45,384 bases of DNA from a virus (taxonomy: Duplodnaviria > Caudoviricetes). A model generated the notes under the pieces. The model was not told the origin of the DNA and did not search any database. It was given only the letters and a program-made list of their open reading frames with translations. A program made the translations under genes and the position numbers. Shown here piece by piece: positions 43,351 to 45,384 of this stretch; within the stretch, counting starts at the first letter, position 1, and each line of letters begins with the position of its first letter. The stretch lies in the IMG/VR virus record IMGVR_UViG_3300022745_000005, positions 1-45,384 of that record, one strand, 5' to 3'.

Positions 43351-43634
43351 GCCTAACAAATGATCCAACAATGGAAGGTGGTCTTGAATTCGACCTGCGC
43401 GAATTGCAAGAGGAAAATGATAGGCTCCACGCCGAACTCGCGCAGGCGAAACACCTGCTCGCTCTCGCCAATGATGAGGTGAGCGATCTGGTGGCGATCA
43501 ACGTGAAAACGACCGACGAGCGCGACGCGGCACGGGCACAGGTCGAGGCGCTGAGGGAGCAATACCTTTTGGCAACGTCCAAAATAAACAGATTGAGCGC
43601 CGAGCTTGACGCTTGCGAGAATGGAATAGCATGA
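43347..43634 (+). CDS. Coiled-coil hypothetical protein
   Basis: ATGA coupling; heptad pattern. Confidence 0.6.
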   Translation: MSLTNDPTMEGGLEFDLRELQEENDRLHAELAQAKHLLALANDEVSDLVAINVKTTDERDAARAQVEALREQYLLATSKINRLSAELDACENGIA

Positions 43635-44128
43635 TGAGAGACAACAGAGATGACGGCGAAAATAAGAGCGACGAGTACAGCAAACGCGAACTCGACACGC
43701 TTGAGCGACAACGCTATCTTGAGGGCGTTGTTGTGCAGTTGACCGCCGAACTCGCCCAATCCCGCGAGCGAGAAAAAGCGTTATCCGCCGCCGTCGCGGA
43801 AATAACCGGTCATAGACTGCACCAGTCAAAAGAAATAAACCGCCTAACTAAGGTTGAAAACGATTTGGTAAGTCAGATCGAGAAACTACACGCTGAGAAA
43901 CCATGTGATCTGTACTACATCGAAATGATAGCGTCGTTTGAGAGAGAGCTTGCCGCATTACGCGAGGCGCTAGGATGGTATGCTAACCCGCGCAGTTATC
44001 GCAACGGGATCGCCGGTGAAGATCGGGCGCTGATGACCGTTGAACCATGTGTCCATTATTGGCGGGCCGACAACGGCGAGAAAGCCCGCGCCGCGCTCGC
44101 CTCGACCGCGCCGAAGGAGGGGGAATGA
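43631..44128 (+). CDS. Coiled-coil hypothetical protein
   Basis: LREAL.WYA...D.G.KARAAL is a common phage C-terminal pattern. Confidence 0.65.
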   Translation: MMRDNRDDGENKSDEYSKRELDTLERQRYLEGVVVQLTAELAQSREREKALSAAVAEITGHRLHQSKEINRLTKVENDLVSQIEKLHAEKPCDLYYIEMIASFERELAALREALGWYANPRSYRNGIAGEDRALMTVEPCVHYWRADNGEKARAALASTAPKEGE

Positions 44129-44328
44129 TGGAAGATCTTAATTGGCATCTATATAATCAGAGGATAAATGCAATCGACCGCGCATTATCCGCAATTCGAA
44201 AGGCGCGAACTATCGGGATTTTCTCACTGGAATTCGACCATGCCGAGGAAATGATGAGACTTGCGAGAATTCAAACAGTAATTGATTTTCGCAATCGCGA
44301 GGCAGTAGCGCAGGAGAAAAAGTCATGA
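44125..44328 (+). CDS. Hypothetical protein
   Basis: AAGGAGG RBS; ATGA coupling. Confidence 0.6.
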   Translation: MMEDLNWHLYNQRINAIDRALSAIRKARTIGIFSLEFDHAEEMMRLARIQTVIDFRNREAVAQEKKS

Positions 44329-44522
44329 TCTGCACACGCTGCAACGGTAAAGGCAAAACCCTCGTCTGCGTCAGATGCGAGAAACCGCGCCGCCGCATCC
44401 TGGCATCATGCCCCGATTGTGACGGTACTGGCGTGGTCGCTGATGGTAACGGCTGGAAACCGGCGAGGATAACGGTCATCCGGTCAGGCGCGCATGTTAC
44501 GGTGGTGAGAGAGGAACTATGA
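44325..44522 (+). CDS. DnaJ-type zinc-finger small protein
   Basis: CTRCNGKG and CPDCDGTG (two CxxCxGxG) plus CVRC. Confidence 0.7.
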   Translation: MICTRCNGKGKTLVCVRCEKPRRRILASCPDCDGTGVVADGNGWKPARITVIRSGAHVTVVREEL

Positions 44523-44623
44523 AACGCCGCGGAATTATCTCCCCCTGGTTCGCCGTCCTGCTCGTGCTGTTCGTATGCGGCTGCCTGGCGATGGTTTGGT
44601 GGATGCAGGAGATGGCGAAATGA
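44519..44623 (+). CDS. Small membrane peptide (34 aa), absent from the ORF track
   Basis: MKRRGIISPWFAVLLVLFVCGCLAMVWWMQEMAK; ATGA coupling at both ends. Confidence 0.55.
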   Translation: MKRRGIISPWFAVLLVLFVCGCLAMVWWMQEMAK

Positions 44624-45255
44624 CAAGGCCGAGATTATTAGACTTGTTTTGCTGTCAAGGGGGAGCGGGAATGGGCTACTACCGCGCCGGTTTCGAGGTG
44701 GTTGGTATCGATATTGTTCTCCAGCCGCGCTATCCGTTTGAATTCCATCAGGCCGACGCGCTCGAATATCTGGCCGAGCATGGACACGAGTTTGATGCAA
44801 TCCACGCCAGCCCGCCATGCCAAGCCTATACCCTGGCGGGTCAACAATGGAGAGCCGAAGGGAAAGCGTATCCCGATATGATAGCGACTACGCGTGAATT
44901 ATTACTGTCAATCGGTAAGCCCTATGTGATTGAAAATGTACCCAGCGCTCCCCTTATTAATCCAACAATACTCAACGGGCTATTTTTCGGAATGAACGTT
45001 AGGCGAACACGACTATTTGAAACTAGCTTTCATATTCCGTTTATCCTGCTGCCAAAAGAAGGGGCGTCCCATTCTAAAATGGGACGCCCGCCGAAGAAGG
45101 ACGATCCCATTGTACCAGTTGGTCATTTTAGCAATATTCCCCGCGCTCGTCGTGAAATGGGCTGTGAGTGGATGAATGGTAAAGGGCTTACGCAAGCCAT
45201 CCCCCCCGCCTATACTGAATGGATCGGCGCTCGTCTGATGGAGGGGCTACGATGA
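44620..45255 (+). CDS. Short DNA (cytosine-5)-methyltransferase-like protein
   Basis: LLDLFC..GGA..G, HASPPCQ, VIENV, R.R.F and QAIPP.Y motifs; very short target-recognition region. Confidence 0.85.
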   Translation: MTRPRLLDLFCCQGGAGMGYYRAGFEVVGIDIVLQPRYPFEFHQADALEYLAEHGHEFDAIHASPPCQAYTLAGQQWRAEGKAYPDMIATTRELLLSIGKPYVIENVPSAPLINPTILNGLFFGMNVRRTRLFETSFHIPFILLPKEGASHSKMGRPPKKDDPIVPVGHFSNIPRARREMGCEWMNGKGLTQAIPPAYTEWIGARLMEGLR

Positions 45256-45257
45256 CC

Positions 45258-45384
45258 TTCCTCCAATCCACCCGCAAGGCTGGCCCTGGCACCATGCGCC
45301 GCTATTGCCCTGATTGTGGCGTGTGCTTCGACACGAATTCCGGCAGTACCGAGCGCTGCGAGACTTGCGGCCACGCGCATAACC
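45258..45384. repeat. Terminal direct repeat, right copy
   Basis: Identical to 1-127. Confidence 0.95.

Overview
This window is an apparently complete, circular-mapping dsDNA tailed phage genome of 45,257 bp. Bases 1-127 equal 45258-45384, an assembly overlap. It has two divergent halves. The minus strand (31164 to 2581) carries four membrane genes, TerS, TerL, portal, putative ejected proteins including a 3,700-aa polyvalent protein, scaffold, major capsid, cement, tail, tail fibre, tailspike and a GH25 endolysin. There is no tape measure or sheath, so the layout is podovirus-like. The plus strand (31342 through the origin to 2498) carries early, recombination and replication genes (ERF, PriCT-2 primase, initiator, DnaB-like helicase), two DNA methyltransferases, a PAPS-reductase-like gene and many small mosaic genes. 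I saw no integrase, tRNA, CRISPR array or reverse transcriptase. Main highlights: (1) the giant protein holds a GGDEF diguanylate cyclase domain without an I-site, plus HExxH peptidase, GNAT and ADP-ribosyltransferase-like domains; (2) a consensus type II hammerhead ribozyme lies in the first early operon (31520-31569); (3) further RNA-level control is suggested by a candidate anti-RBS sRNA (32184-32250) and a C4-like attenuator (35896-36068); (4) a duplicated module encodes two Rmf/CrpP-like proteins. All family calls come from motifs read by eye; no searches were run.
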